Shown here piece by piece: positions 35,948-44,858 of a stretch of DNA of 60,221 nucleotides. A program made the translations under genes and the position numbers. How positions within the stretch are numbered: position 1 is the first letter of the stretch; each line of letters begins with the position of its first letter. This stretch comes from Bdellovibrionales bacterium. GTDB taxonomy: Bacteria > Bdellovibrionota > Bdellovibrionia > Bdellovibrionales > JAMPXM01. The stretch spans positions 1 to 60,221 of the forward strand of contig JAYTQQ010000160.1 in the NCBI GenBank assembly GCA_043746635.1, written 5' to 3'. The notes beneath the pieces were generated by a model that was not told where the DNA came from, did no database searches, and saw nothing but the letters and a program-made list of their open reading frames with translations.

Positions 35948-36751
35948 ATGGAATTGGTTGAAAACTCATTTCGTCTTCAAGATCGCACAGCCATCATTAC
36001 GGGTGAGTGCGAAAGCATTAACCAAGCAATCGGTCGCAAGCTGACCCAGCTCGGAACTGACGTTGCGTTTATTCATACCCATATCGATCGCTCTCAAAAA
36101 TACTGTGAGCAGCTAATGAACAATCATGAGGTAAACGATAAATACGGTAAAGCAATTGCGATCAAAGCAGATTTTAGTAAACCCGGAAGTTATCAGGACA
36201 GTATTTCGAAAGTTGCCGAAAGCTTTGGCGGAGCCGACATTCTCATCGATAATATGTCGACCAATAAACTCGAATTTTTCAAAGATCTTAAATTTTCAGA
36301 TTGTTTAGATCCTATGATTGAAATGAATTTAAAAGCTCCACTGTATTTTACTCACGCGGCTCTCAGATTTTTAGAAAGTCGCAAACGTGGTCGAGTGATT
36401 TATCTTTTGCCTGATTTGGCCCGCATGGGACTCGCGCAGAACTCATTGCTTGCTGCGACTCGCACGGGCCTCGTGCACTTTGCAAAATCGCTCGCCCGTG
36501 AAGTTCAGGGGAGCAATATCACCGTGAACTGTGTAGCGAGCGGTCTCAGCGAAGAATTTTTACTCGGCATGAATCCTGATACCAAAAGCTTGCAGGCTTC
36601 GCTCGAAATTGCGCAAAAGAAATTGCCTGACGCCCAACTCATGGATTCAGAGCGTATCGCTAATCTCGTCGCTTTTTTAGCGAGTCCACTCGGCTCCGGA
36701 ATTACCGGCCAAACGATCGCCGTTAATCAGGGCATGTCGATGATGTCGTGA
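35948..36751 (+). CDS. SDR-fold protein with degenerate cofactor and catalytic motifs
   Basis: Classical SDR length and layout, but TGxxxGxG reads TGECESIN, NNAG reads DNMS, and the Ser...YxxxK region reads LLP...LAATR. Confidence 0.65.
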   Translation: MELVENSFRLQDRTAIITGECESINQAIGRKLTQLGTDVAFIHTHIDRSQKYCEQLMNNHEVNDKYGKAIAIKADFSKPGSYQDSISKVAESFGGADILIDNMSTNKLEFFKDLKFSDCLDPMIEMNLKAPLYFTHAALRFLESRKRGRVIYLLPDLARMGLAQNSLLAATRTGLVHFAKSLAREVQGSNITVNCVASGLSEEFLLGMNPDTKSLQASLEIAQKKLPDAQLMDSERIANLVAFLASPLGSGITGQTIAVNQGMSMMS

Positions 36752-36849
36752 GCGCCTTAGCACAAGTTAAAGCACGCAGAGTACCAAGAAGTATTTGTTG
36801 ATTTGTGGCTCGAATCATTCAAAATAGTAAAAACACATTGGAGATCCTC

Positions 36850-38022
36850 ATGAAACCTTACAGTGCACCTGACTTTTTTGATATCGACGCTCATCTTTCT
36901 GAAGACGAACGTATGGTTCGCGATTCAATGAGGCAATTTGTGTCGAAAGAAATTGTTCCGATTATTGATGACCATTTCATGAAAGATAGTTTTCCTAAGC
37001 ATCTCGTTCCGATGCTCGGCGAGATGGGAACTTTCGGCTCGACTATTCATGGTTACGGTTGCGCCGGTCTTAACTACACAAGCTACGGTATCATCATGCA
37101 AGAACTTGAGCGCGGAGATAGTGGTCTTCGAAGTTTCGTGAGCGTACAAGGCGCTTTGTGTATGCATCCGATCAATGCTTTCGGTACTGAAGAACATAAG
37201 AAGAAATATTTACCCAAGATGGCAAAGGGCGAGCTCATCGGCTGTTTTGGTCTGACCGAGCCCGATTTCGGATCGAACCCTGGCGGCATGATCACCACCG
37301 CTAAAAAAGATGGAAGCAATTATGTTTTGAACGGTTCAAAGATGTGGATAACTAGCGGGGGGATCGCTGACCTCGCGATCGTATGGGCAAAAGTTCCCGA
37401 TGATAACAACAAAATTCACGGATTTATAGTTGATCGCGATTCAAAAGGATTTAGCACCAGAGATATCCACAAGAAATTTTCTCTTCGTGCTTCGGTTACT
37501 TCTGAACTTATCTTTGAAGACTGCAGAGTGCCGGCGTCGAATATGCTGAACGTGACCGGCCTCAAGGGGCCATTCTCTTGTCTCAACAACGCTCGTTACG
37601 GAATTTCTTGGGGAGCTCTCGGGGCTGCACAAGCCTGCTACGACGAAGCCCTTAACTATGCAAAAACGAGGATTCAATTTGATAAACCTATTGCCAGCTT
37701 TCAACTCGTTCAGGCGAAACTTGTCGACATGTTCACCGAGATTACAAAAGGGCAGTTGCTGGCTCTTCATCTCGGTCGAATGAAAGATCAGGATAAAGCC
37801 ACTCCACAGCATATTTCGATGGTGAAGATGAATAACGTGTCGCAAGCTCTGCGTATCTCGAGAGTTGCCCGCGATATACTAGGAGCTTCAGGTATTACTC
37901 ATGAGTACCAAGTCGGTCGTCACATGATGAATCTTGAGAGTGTTAACACCTACGAAGGAACCGAAGATATTCATCGATTAATCTTAGGAGAGCACATCAC
38001 CGGAATTCCTGCTTACAAATAA
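36850..38022 (+). CDS. gcdH: glutaryl-CoA dehydrogenase (acyl-CoA dehydrogenase family)
   Basis: N-terminus DFFDIDAHLSEDERMVRDSMRQF is typical of GCDH. Also GCFGLTEPDFGSNP...YEGTEDIH. The ATG at 36850 has GGAG 8 nt upstream; the track start at 36805 is a GTG. Confidence 0.85.
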   Translation: MKPYSAPDFFDIDAHLSEDERMVRDSMRQFVSKEIVPIIDDHFMKDSFPKHLVPMLGEMGTFGSTIHGYGCAGLNYTSYGIIMQELERGDSGLRSFVSVQGALCMHPINAFGTEEHKKKYLPKMAKGELIGCFGLTEPDFGSNPGGMITTAKKDGSNYVLNGSKMWITSGGIADLAIVWAKVPDDNNKIHGFIVDRDSKGFSTRDIHKKFSLRASVTSELIFEDCRVPASNMLNVTGLKGPFSCLNNARYGISWGALGAAQACYDEALNYAKTRIQFDKPIASFQLVQAKLVDMFTEITKGQLLALHLGRMKDQDKATPQHISMVKMNNVSQALRISRVARDILGASGITHEYQVGRHMMNLESVNTYEGTEDIHRLILGEHITGIPAYK

Positions 38023-38023
38023 A

Positions 38024-38224
38024 CTAAGCAGACAACCAATCAGCGAATCGATACGATTCGCTATGTTCTTTGCAGTCACTGCAAAACAAAGTAAATTTAG
38101 AAGCTGAATAAAATCTTTCACGACAAATCGAGCAAGTTTTTGTCGATGAAGTTCTTAACTTCTGAACGTTATCTCGGCGAAAAGTTTTGGTGTTTACTTG
38201 GTTTTCTTTATGTTGATGATTCAC
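38024..38224 (-). CDS. small zinc-ribbon-like protein
   Basis: 66 aa with CSIC...(15 aa)...CSDC (C-x2-C/C-x2-C). GTG start preceded by AGGGGGA. A sigma-54-like promoter lies upstream. Convergent with gcdH with a 1-nt gap. Confidence 0.45.
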   Translation of the reverse strand: MNHQHKENQVNTKTFRRDNVQKLRTSSTKTCSICRERFYSASKFTLFCSDCKEHSESYRFADWLSA

Positions 38225-38271
38225 TGAATCCCCCTTAGTTATTTACTACGAACGTTTCAATACACAAACAT

Positions 38272-38287
38272 TGCAGCGCGGGTGCCA
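38272..38287 (-). promoter_or_regulatory. sigma-54-like promoter for the zinc-ribbon gene
   Basis: Minus strand reads TGGCAC-ccgcg-CTGCA (one mismatch in the -12 element), about 48 nt upstream of the GTG at 38224. Confidence 0.45.
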
Positions 38288-38470
38288 AAGTCTTTTTCGT
38301 TGCTAAGTGCCCAAATTCAGAGAATCAAAATTCAAATATGCTTTTTTAAGCAGTAAACCGGCCGTCGTTTTGGGGCAATGTGGGACAGGTCTAGCGTCAG
38401 TTCGACGGTCAGTCTTTTGCATCGCAAATCATCACAGGTTTGTGCAACAATATTTTTGATGGGGGGTTTT

Positions 38471-38965
38471 ATGGATGCATTTCAAAAAATACTTAGTAAA
38501 TGTCAAGATATCCAAGCTCAAAGTATTTCTCCGATCGCGAGTGTTGAGCTCGCGCTCGAAAAAATGGATGCGGGTGATTTAGGGGCCTTGCTTGTGATGG
38601 ATTTTTCTCACCTCGTCGGAATTTTCTCGGAAAGAGATTACGCGCGAAAGATTTTACTCAAGGGAAAGTCTTCACTGACCACGCCCGTTTACGAGGTGAT
38701 GACAACCAATCTCATATCGGTGACTCCTGATTATGGTTTGACCGAGTGTCTGGCCCTCATGGCATCATGTCGTGTTCGACATCTACCGGTGGTGGATAAT
38801 AATAAAGTGATAGCACTCTTGGGAATCGAAGATATCGCATTCGCTCTCATTGATAATAATGAATTTTTAATCGACGAACTGACAACTTACATTACCGGAT
38901 CTCATGATTTTAAAAATGAAAATCCAAAGCTATCGCACATCTTTGAAACACTTGCGCACCATTAA
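38471..38965 (+). CDS. CBS-domain pair protein
   Basis: Two CBS repeats (LGALLVMDFSHLVGIFSERDYARK; VRHLPVVDNNKVIALLGIEDI). ATG at 38471; the upstream extension in the track looks non-coding. Confidence 0.8.
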   Translation: MDAFQKILSKCQDIQAQSISPIASVELALEKMDAGDLGALLVMDFSHLVGIFSERDYARKILLKGKSSLTTPVYEVMTTNLISVTPDYGLTECLALMASCRVRHLPVVDNNKVIALLGIEDIAFALIDNNEFLIDELTTYITGSHDFKNENPKLSHIFETLAHH

Positions 38966-38980
38966 ATGAAACGACTTTCT

Positions 38981-39018
38981 GCCGGGCAGGTCGGGGAATT
39001 TCGGTGCCTGGCTTTTTT
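38981..39018 (+). terminator. rho-independent terminator after the CBS gene
   Basis: GCCGGGC...(18 nt)...GCCTGGC stem (one G:U pair) followed by TTTTTT. Confidence 0.6.
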
Positions 39019-39146
39019 GCTCTTTGTTTTTTAATTCGTCTTATTTCGGAAGCTTATGACTCAAAAAACCTTGGCAGAGACTTTGCTAATTATAACAAGT
39101 GTGAGTTTTAGGGATATTAACAAAGTTCCAACCAAGGAGAATTTAA

Positions 39147-39350
39147 ATGGTTAACAAAAACCAAGACCAAAGAAACACGATGAATAAAAAGAATGATGAT
39201 AACCGTGGTAATCGCGCACAAGGAGTCGATCCTAAAGCTCCAAAGATGGATCAAGGTAAGTCTGATTTGAATAGTAAAAATACCAGCGATCAAAAAAAAC
39301 CTAAAGCGGATATCGGCTCGGGAATGTCAACAAACCAAAAACGCTCATAA
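39147..39350 (+). CDS. small hydrophilic, Lys/Asn/Gln-rich protein (likely disordered)
   Basis: 67 aa. Strong SD AAGGAGA 7 nt upstream. No hydrophobic core. Confidence 0.45.
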   Translation: MVNKNQDQRNTMNKKNDDNRGNRAQGVDPKAPKMDQGKSDLNSKNTSDQKKPKADIGSGMSTNQKRS

Positions 39351-39373
39351 GAGATAAAAAGAAAGAACGTCCC

Positions 39374-40057
39374 ATGAAAAGCTTTAAAAAAATCCTCACG
39401 GTATTCGTTTCTCTCAGCGCGTTTTCGACTCTCGCTTTTGCGGCGGATCGTCCAGAACTTATTTCTAAAGCAAATGCTGCTGCAGGGGTTCTGAAAGACA
39501 CACTGGCAATTGCAGATAGAGGTATTCCACGTGGCTTACTTGAGAACGCAAAATGCGTTGCGACTATTCCAGATGTTGTCAGTGGCGGTATCGTGTTCGG
39601 CGCTCGTTATGGCAGAGGACTTGTCTCTTGCCGAGTGAATGGTGAGTGGAGCAAACCTTCATATTTGACAATCGCTGGCGGTAGCTGGGGACTTCAAATC
39701 GGAATCGAAAAAACAGATGTCGTTCTCGTATTCGTGAACCAAAACGCCCTCGAGCGTTTGTCTCATGATAACTTCACCATCGGTGGAGACGCTTCGGTTG
39801 CCGCTGGGCCACTCGGAAGAGATGCGCAAGCAGGTACCGACTATAAATTGGGTAGCGAGATTTATAGCTACTCAAGAAGCCGCGGTTTATTCGCAGGCTT
39901 AACATTCAGCGGAAGCGCACTCACAACAGATACCGATGCAAACACAATGGCATATGGCCATGTAGTGGCGGCACACGATTTGTTGATGACTCCTGCTTCA
40001 ATGGTTGCGGATAGTCCAGATGTTTATGCACAGGCATTAGCAAAAGACGTTCGCTAA
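39374..40057 (+). CDS. secreted SYLF (DUF500/Ysc84-like) lipid-binding domain protein
   Basis: Signal peptide (LSAFSTLAFA), then the SYLF-type core GGSWGLQIG...IYSYSRSRGLFAGLTFSGSAL. Confidence 0.7.
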   Translation: MKSFKKILTVFVSLSAFSTLAFAADRPELISKANAAAGVLKDTLAIADRGIPRGLLENAKCVATIPDVVSGGIVFGARYGRGLVSCRVNGEWSKPSYLTIAGGSWGLQIGIEKTDVVLVFVNQNALERLSHDNFTIGGDASVAAGPLGRDAQAGTDYKLGSEIYSYSRSRGLFAGLTFSGSALTTDTDANTMAYGHVVAAHDLLMTPASMVADSPDVYAQALAKDVR

Positions 40058-40068
40058 TCATAAGTGAA

Positions 40069-40102
40069 GGGCCAATGGAGCAATCTATTGGCCCATTTTT
40101 TT
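40069..40102 (+). terminator. rho-independent terminator after the SYLF gene
   Basis: Perfect 8-bp stem GGGCCAAT-(10 nt)-ATTGGCCC followed by ATTTTTTT. Confidence 0.85.
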
Positions 40103-40127
40103 AATGTTATTTTAAAGAGAGAATAAA

Positions 40128-40349
40128 ATGAAAAATAAAGCACCAAAATTAGATCCGGAGTTAGATCAAAACTCAACTTCTGGTTTATTAAATGAAGACG
40201 GGCATATTGAAACTCAAATTCCTGAAAGCCAAGGCGATTTAGCAGATCGTGCCGACAACGAAATCGAAAGTGATTTGCAATGGCGTATTGAAATGATTAG
40301 ACGTGCGAGCCGAGAAGATTATTTGAAAAGAATGCAGAATAAAGAGTAG
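40128..40349 (+). CDS. small acidic hypothetical protein
   Basis: 73 aa, a weak SD, no recognisable motif. Confidence 0.35.
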   Translation: MKNKAPKLDPELDQNSTSGLLNEDGHIETQIPESQGDLADRADNEIESDLQWRIEMIRRASREDYLKRMQNKE

Positions 40350-40384
40350 TTCAGTGTACCGAAAGTCGAAATCCGTTTTGATAT

Positions 40385-41680
40385 TTATAACGAGCGCTCG
40401 ATTAAAATTTTTCTGGCGCTAGAGTATTTCTCAGGTTCGACGTAAAGTCTTTCGATCCTACGAGTCTCTTCGTATTTTTGAAAAATTTGGGTGCAGTCTT
40501 CGATCGGCACTGGCTTTTCTAAAAAATCCAAATGATCTACAACATAAATAGTCGGTGATTTCTGGTGAGGTTGGGGAGTGTGGTACTTTGAAAGTCTGGC
40601 CTTCGAACTCGCAATGATCACGTCCATACCCTCGGCATTCAAGACACGCTTAATCTCTTCAGGCCTCTGAGTTTCTTCGACTGAATGAAGTTCGAACAAC
40701 ATTTTATAAGGCTTATGCTCGGTAATTCTTCGCGCCCAAATATTTTCAACCTTCGCGAGATGTTCATACAGTGAATAATCCGTAAACTTCACGTAGTCTT
40801 CAATGTTAGAAGGTAAAAAATATTTGCAATCAGGAGAAGTCAAATAGCGATTGAGCATCTCTTCGTAAATAATACTTTTATGATGAAAGTAAACCATCAA
40901 GTACATGTGGTGACGAGACAGTAGAAAATCATCAAAAGTGTAAAGAGCTCTTCGATCCAGTGCTAAAAATACTTTTGAATCTTTAATGTGGTGAGTGAGA
41001 TTTCCGAGAAGCCAGGTCAGCTCAAACTTTCCGTAAGAGGTTCCGCAGAAGTAGGCATCTCGTTCGAGATAATCCATGCGATCGACATCGAGTTCAGAGC
41101 TTACGATTTGGCTGAGGATAGGCCTAAAATCAAGTGACCCGTCGATGAAGAAATCATCTTTCGCGGGAAGACTTTGATCAATCAAGCAAGCGATATAATA
41201 GGGGTCAATATCTGGGAACTGCTCACGCAAAATTTTCGTGAGGCTTGAATCCGTCAAAAGTTTAATCGAATAATCTTCGTGCGAAGCTTTCGCATTTTCG
41301 TCATACGGGTGCAGTCTTTTATCATAAACTTTAACATTGAGAGATTTAATTGAAGGCATGACCTCTTCGGTCGTGTGACTCAAAGGACCATGACCGATAT
41401 CATGCAAAAGGGCGCCGAGGCGAAGACACTGCTTGAGCCTTGCGCGAACGTCTGCTCTTGAAAAATGGAAAGTATCAAAAATCGACTCAAAAGCTTTGCC
41501 ACTCAGGTGCAAAACACCGAGCGAGTGCAGGTAACGATTGTGAGTCGCTCCCGGAAATGCAAATTCAGCGAACCCAAGCTGCTTAATGAGTCGAAGCCGC
41601 TGAAATGCCGCACTATCCAGCACCGGAATTTCGCGTTCATCAAGCTCAAGGTTTTCGTGAATGGGGTCTTTAATATCCAT
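40385..41680 (-). CDS. HD-domain phosphohydrolase (dNTP triphosphohydrolase/SAMHD1-like family)
   Basis: NRYLHSLGV...LLHDIGHGPLSH...DVDRMDYLERD, the HD...D signature of the dGTPase-like family. 431 aa. Confidence 0.8.
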   Translation of the reverse strand: MDIKDPIHENLELDEREIPVLDSAAFQRLRLIKQLGFAEFAFPGATHNRYLHSLGVLHLSGKAFESIFDTFHFSRADVRARLKQCLRLGALLHDIGHGPLSHTTEEVMPSIKSLNVKVYDKRLHPYDENAKASHEDYSIKLLTDSSLTKILREQFPDIDPYYIACLIDQSLPAKDDFFIDGSLDFRPILSQIVSSELDVDRMDYLERDAYFCGTSYGKFELTWLLGNLTHHIKDSKVFLALDRRALYTFDDFLLSRHHMYLMVYFHHKSIIYEEMLNRYLTSPDCKYFLPSNIEDYVKFTDYSLYEHLAKVENIWARRITEHKPYKMLFELHSVEETQRPEEIKRVLNAEGMDVIIASSKARLSKYHTPQPHQKSPTIYVVDHLDFLEKPVPIEDCTQIFQKYEETRRIERLYVEPEKYSSARKILIERSL

Positions 41681-41837
41681 AGCTTTTAGTTTGTAGTCGA
41701 GCCCGGGCTCCTAAGCAATGAGGAGACTCAAAAATCGAACAATGCGGCGCTGCTTTCTCGAAATCTCAAGTTCCAGACTTGAGTAAGCTCGCGAGGCTAG
41801 ATATGTTCTGATGAGAATGAGCAGGAGGGCTTAAAAG

Positions 41838-42632
41838 ATGAAACCATACTCAGACCTTGTCCAAAAAATTATGGCTGAAGGAGACGAAAAGTCAGATCGT
41901 ACTGGCACCGGTACGCTCAGTCTTTTTGGTCACCAAATGCGTTTTAATCTGGCAAATGGCTTTCCATTGCTGACAACTAAAAAAGTGCACCTCCGTTCGA
42001 TCATCGTTGAGTTGTTATGGTTTTTAAGAGGCGACACCAATATTCAATTTCTCAAAGATCATAAAGTTTCGATTTGGGATGAATGGGCAGACGAAGCCGG
42101 AAATCTTGGGCCAGTTTATGGTGAACAGTGGCGTTCATGGAAAACTTCTGACGGTGAACCGATCGATCAGATCACAAATGTCATAGAAGAAATTAAAAAT
42201 AATCCTGATTCGCGTAGACTTCTGGTCGTGGCCTTCAATCCAGGAGAAGTTAAAAAGATGGCACTTCCACCGTGTCATGCATTTTTTCAGTTCTACGTTT
42301 CAAGCGGTCGGCTCTCGTGTCAGCTCTACCAGAGATCGGCAGATGTTTTCTTGGGAGTTCCGTTTAATATTGCGAGCTATGCACTTCTCACGATGATGGT
42401 GGCGCAAGTGACGGGACTTCAAGCGGGTGAATTTATTCACACGTTAGGAGATGCGCATTTATATAAAAATCATCTCGATCAGGCGAAGTTGTTACTCACT
42501 CGTGAAGAGCGACCGCTTCCTACAATGAAAATAAATTCAGAAATAAAATCCATTTTTGATTTCAAGCTCGAAGATTTTACGCTTGAAAATTATAATCCTC
42601 ACCCAGCCATTCGTGCAGAAGTTGCAGTATGA
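41838..42632 (+). CDS. thyA: thymidylate synthase
   Basis: DRTGTGT...[12 protein letters not shown]...[21 protein letters not shown]. 264 aa. Confidence 0.97.
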   Translation: MKPYSDLVQKIMAEGDEKSDRTGTGTLSLFGHQMRFNLANGFPLLTTKKVHLRSIIVELLWFLRGDTNIQFLKDHKVSIWDEWADEAGNLGPVYGEQWRSWKTSDGEPIDQITNVIEEIKNNPDSRRLLVVAFNPGEVKKMALPPCHAFFQFYVSSGRLSCQLYQRSADVFLGVPFNIASYALLTMMVAQVTGLQAGEFIHTLGDAHLYKNHLDQAKLLLTREERPLPTMKINSEIKSIFDFKLEDFTLENYNPHPAIRAEVAV

Positions 42633-43123
42633 TTTTATCTTCTATTGCAGCCTGCGGATCCAATCGCGTGATGGGAAAAAATGGTGGTTTACCTTGGGAT
42701 ATTCCAGAAGATATGGAGTATTTTAAAACGAAGACCAAAGGCCATATCATCATCATGGGTCGAAAAACTTTCGAATCCTTCGGCGGAAAACTTTTGCCAA
42801 ATCGACTGCACGTGATTCTGACGAAACAAAAAGATTTTTCTTTTCCCGGCACTTACGTTTTCAATGAGCCCCTGCAGGCATTGAGATTTTGTGCCGCCCG
42901 CGTGAACGGCTGGGACGATGAAGTCATGTGTATTGGAGGTGCTGAAATTTATGGATTGATGCTTCCTTATACGAACCGAATTTACCTCACAGAAATCGAT
43001 GCGGCTTTTGAAGGTGATACTTATTTTCCGGAATTCAGTCGAGACGAATTTACCGAAGTGAGCCGAGACCCACGCTTGGGTCCGCCGCCATTTTCTTACG
43101 TTATTTACGAAAAAAGGAATTAA
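42629..43123 (+). CDS. folA: dihydrofolate reductase
   Basis: [18 protein letters not shown]...[10 protein letters not shown]...IGGAEIY. ATGA overlap with thyA. Confidence 0.93.
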   Translation: MILSSIAACGSNRVMGKNGGLPWDIPEDMEYFKTKTKGHIIIMGRKTFESFGGKLLPNRLHVILTKQKDFSFPGTYVFNEPLQALRFCAARVNGWDDEVMCIGGAEIYGLMLPYTNRIYLTEIDAAFEGDTYFPEFSRDEFTEVSRDPRLGPPPFSYVIYEKRN

Positions 43124-43126
43124 AGA

Positions 43127-43450
43127 ATGAAACTACTTTTGATTTTGGCCTTGCTCACGACACCGCATTTAGCAAGGGCTGACGAAGGTTCGGCAGAATC
43201 AGCGCGCAGCTCTGAAAATTCTCCCGTCATTCCGGCAGCGGAAGGGGAGGGCGAACTTTCTCTCGATACAGAATCTCCGGCACGCAGAATAAAGACTGTT
43301 CCGGGAACGAAGCAACTCAATGCCCTCTGTAAGGCGGATAGTAATCCTGAAGTTTGCAAAGAGAACACGAAAGCTGATTTGAAAAAAATGGCCGCTAAAA
43401 AGAAAAAATCGAAAGAGAAGATAGTTTCTCCTCCAGGCGAAACTCCCTAG
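43127..43450 (+). CDS. small secreted hypothetical protein with a Lys-rich C-terminus
   Basis: 107 aa with signal peptide MKLLLILALLTTPHLARA. Lies 3 nt after folA. Confidence 0.45.
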   Translation: MKLLLILALLTTPHLARADEGSAESARSSENSPVIPAAEGEGELSLDTESPARRIKTVPGTKQLNALCKADSNPEVCKENTKADLKKMAAKKKKSKEKIVSPPGETP

Positions 43451-43483
43451 TACTCTGGCTAGAAACTTATCTGTCAGAGTACT
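43449..43483. terminator. hairpin between convergent genes (candidate bidirectional terminator)
   Basis: Perfect 9-bp inverted repeat AGTACTCTG-(17 nt)-CAGAGTACT overlapping the TAG stop at 43448-43450. No clean T-tract. Confidence 0.4.
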
Positions 43484-43492
43484 AACCAGCGT

Positions 43493-44353
43493 TTATTTTT
43501 GGCCGCAGTTCTTTTCAAGTTCTTTTAAAAAATCATTTCGGAATTCTTCTTGGTGAGGTCCGTTGAAAGCCATCGTGTGTCCGTGACCCGGCACAGAGTA
43601 AAAAATCTTTGGCTCTTTCGCCTCGTCAAAGATATCGCGACTATTTTCAATACCCACAACAGGGTCGTCTTCGCCGTGAAAAATCACAAGCGGTGTCGGA
43701 GCCAACTCTGAAATATGATTTTGCGCAGAAGAGGATTCTCCGACCAGCACATAACTGAGGCCTTGAAAGGGCCACAAAAACCAATGTTTCGCCATCATTC
43801 TCTGCGCGACCTTTCGGTAAGACCGAAAGGTGCTTTCGACGGTGACCATGCAGATTTTGATACCTTTGTTTTTTGAGGCCGTATACATCGCGATATTGCC
43901 GCCAAGGCTCTGACCAAAAATAATAAGAGGTACCGACGGATCTTTCGCCGCCAACCATTCGAGTGCTTTCGTTCCGGCATCGGCCGTGGTTTCGCGGCTC
44001 GGGTTGCCTTCGCTTTCACCATAACCTGGATAGTCGAAAATGAAAAAGTCATAGTTTTTTTGAAGGATCCAGTAGAGTGCAAAAAAGTGCGAAGTACGAT
44101 TTTGGGCATTTCCGTGAAAGAATAAAATTTTACCGCGCGGCCTTTTGGTTTCACCTGATGCTTTAAAGTACCACCCAAAAAATTTTGTGTTATCGTTTGT
44201 CTTTAGTTCCACTTGTTCGGGTTTGATATCTAATTTTTGAACATCAACGTAGACCCGACTATCCGGAAAATAAAATAGTCCTCCGCAAGATTGCAAAAAT
44301 AAAAAATAAAAAATCAAAAATGCGAGCTTGCTCTGTTTCATTTTATTTACCAT
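43493..44353 (-). CDS. alpha/beta hydrolase lipoprotein
   Basis: Lipobox FLQS-C, HGN oxyanion motif (FFHGNAQN), nucleophile elbow GQSLGG, C-terminal HGEDDP...GHGH. Confidence 0.8.
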   Translation of the reverse strand: MVNKMKQSKLAFLIFYFLFLQSCGGLFYFPDSRVYVDVQKLDIKPEQVELKTNDNTKFFGWYFKASGETKRPRGKILFFHGNAQNRTSHFFALYWILQKNYDFFIFDYPGYGESEGNPSRETTADAGTKALEWLAAKDPSVPLIIFGQSLGGNIAMYTASKNKGIKICMVTVESTFRSYRKVAQRMMAKHWFLWPFQGLSYVLVGESSSAQNHISELAPTPLVIFHGEDDPVVGIENSRDIFDEAKEPKIFYSVPGHGHTMAFNGPHQEEFRNDFLKELEKNCGQK

Positions 44354-44408
44354 ACTTATGGATATCTTAATCTGACATGGTGTTGGATTCTATTTATAAG
44401 GAGAATTT

Positions 44409-44858
44409 ATGAAATTAGTCATCGCATTTCTTTCTGTCTTGGCATGTGTAGGCACTGCAAACGCAACTGGCATCAAAGGTGCTGGTTCTTACGGTACTGC
44501 AGGTTGTGGTCTCGGTTCTATGGTTTTCGGAAATGAGGCTGGTGGAATTCAAATTCTCGCTGCCACTACAAACGGCACAGTTGGTAGCCAAACTTTCGGT
44601 ATCACTTCTGGTACTTCAAACTGCGGTAATGGCGCGTTTGCAAAAGCTGAAGTGAACAGCTTCATTCAGTCAAACACAGCTTCTCTTGAAAACGACGTTG
44701 TTCGTGGCCAAGGCGAAACTTTGAGCACATTGAATAACATGCTCGGTTGTGACTCTCAGTTCAGCGGCGTTCTTCAACAGAACTACAAAAACGTTTTCAC
44801 AAATGGTGCAGCAAACACTGACAAAATCGTTGCTCTTTCTCAATCTTGCCGCGGCTAA
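44409..44858 (+). CDS. secreted DUF3015-like protein
   Basis: 149 aa with a signal peptide. The Gly/Thr-rich core YGTAGCGLGSMVF...AATTNGTVGSQTFGITSGTSNCG matches my recollection of DUF3015. Confidence 0.5.
   Translation: MKLVIAFLSVLACVGTANATGIKGAGSYGTAGCGLGSMVFGNEAGGIQILAATTNGTVGSQTFGITSGTSNCGNGAFAKAEVNSFIQSNTASLENDVVRGQGETLSTLNNMLGCDSQFSGVLQQNYKNVFTNGAANTDKIVALSQSCRG

Noticed and set aside
40385-41680. The HD-domain dNTPase-like gene as an anti-phage nucleotide-depletion defence gene.
   Set aside because: It is a single gene in a housekeeping context (adjacent to thyA-folA), with no partner genes, mobile-element signals or compositional anomaly. It is more likely a housekeeping dNTP triphosphohydrolase homologue.
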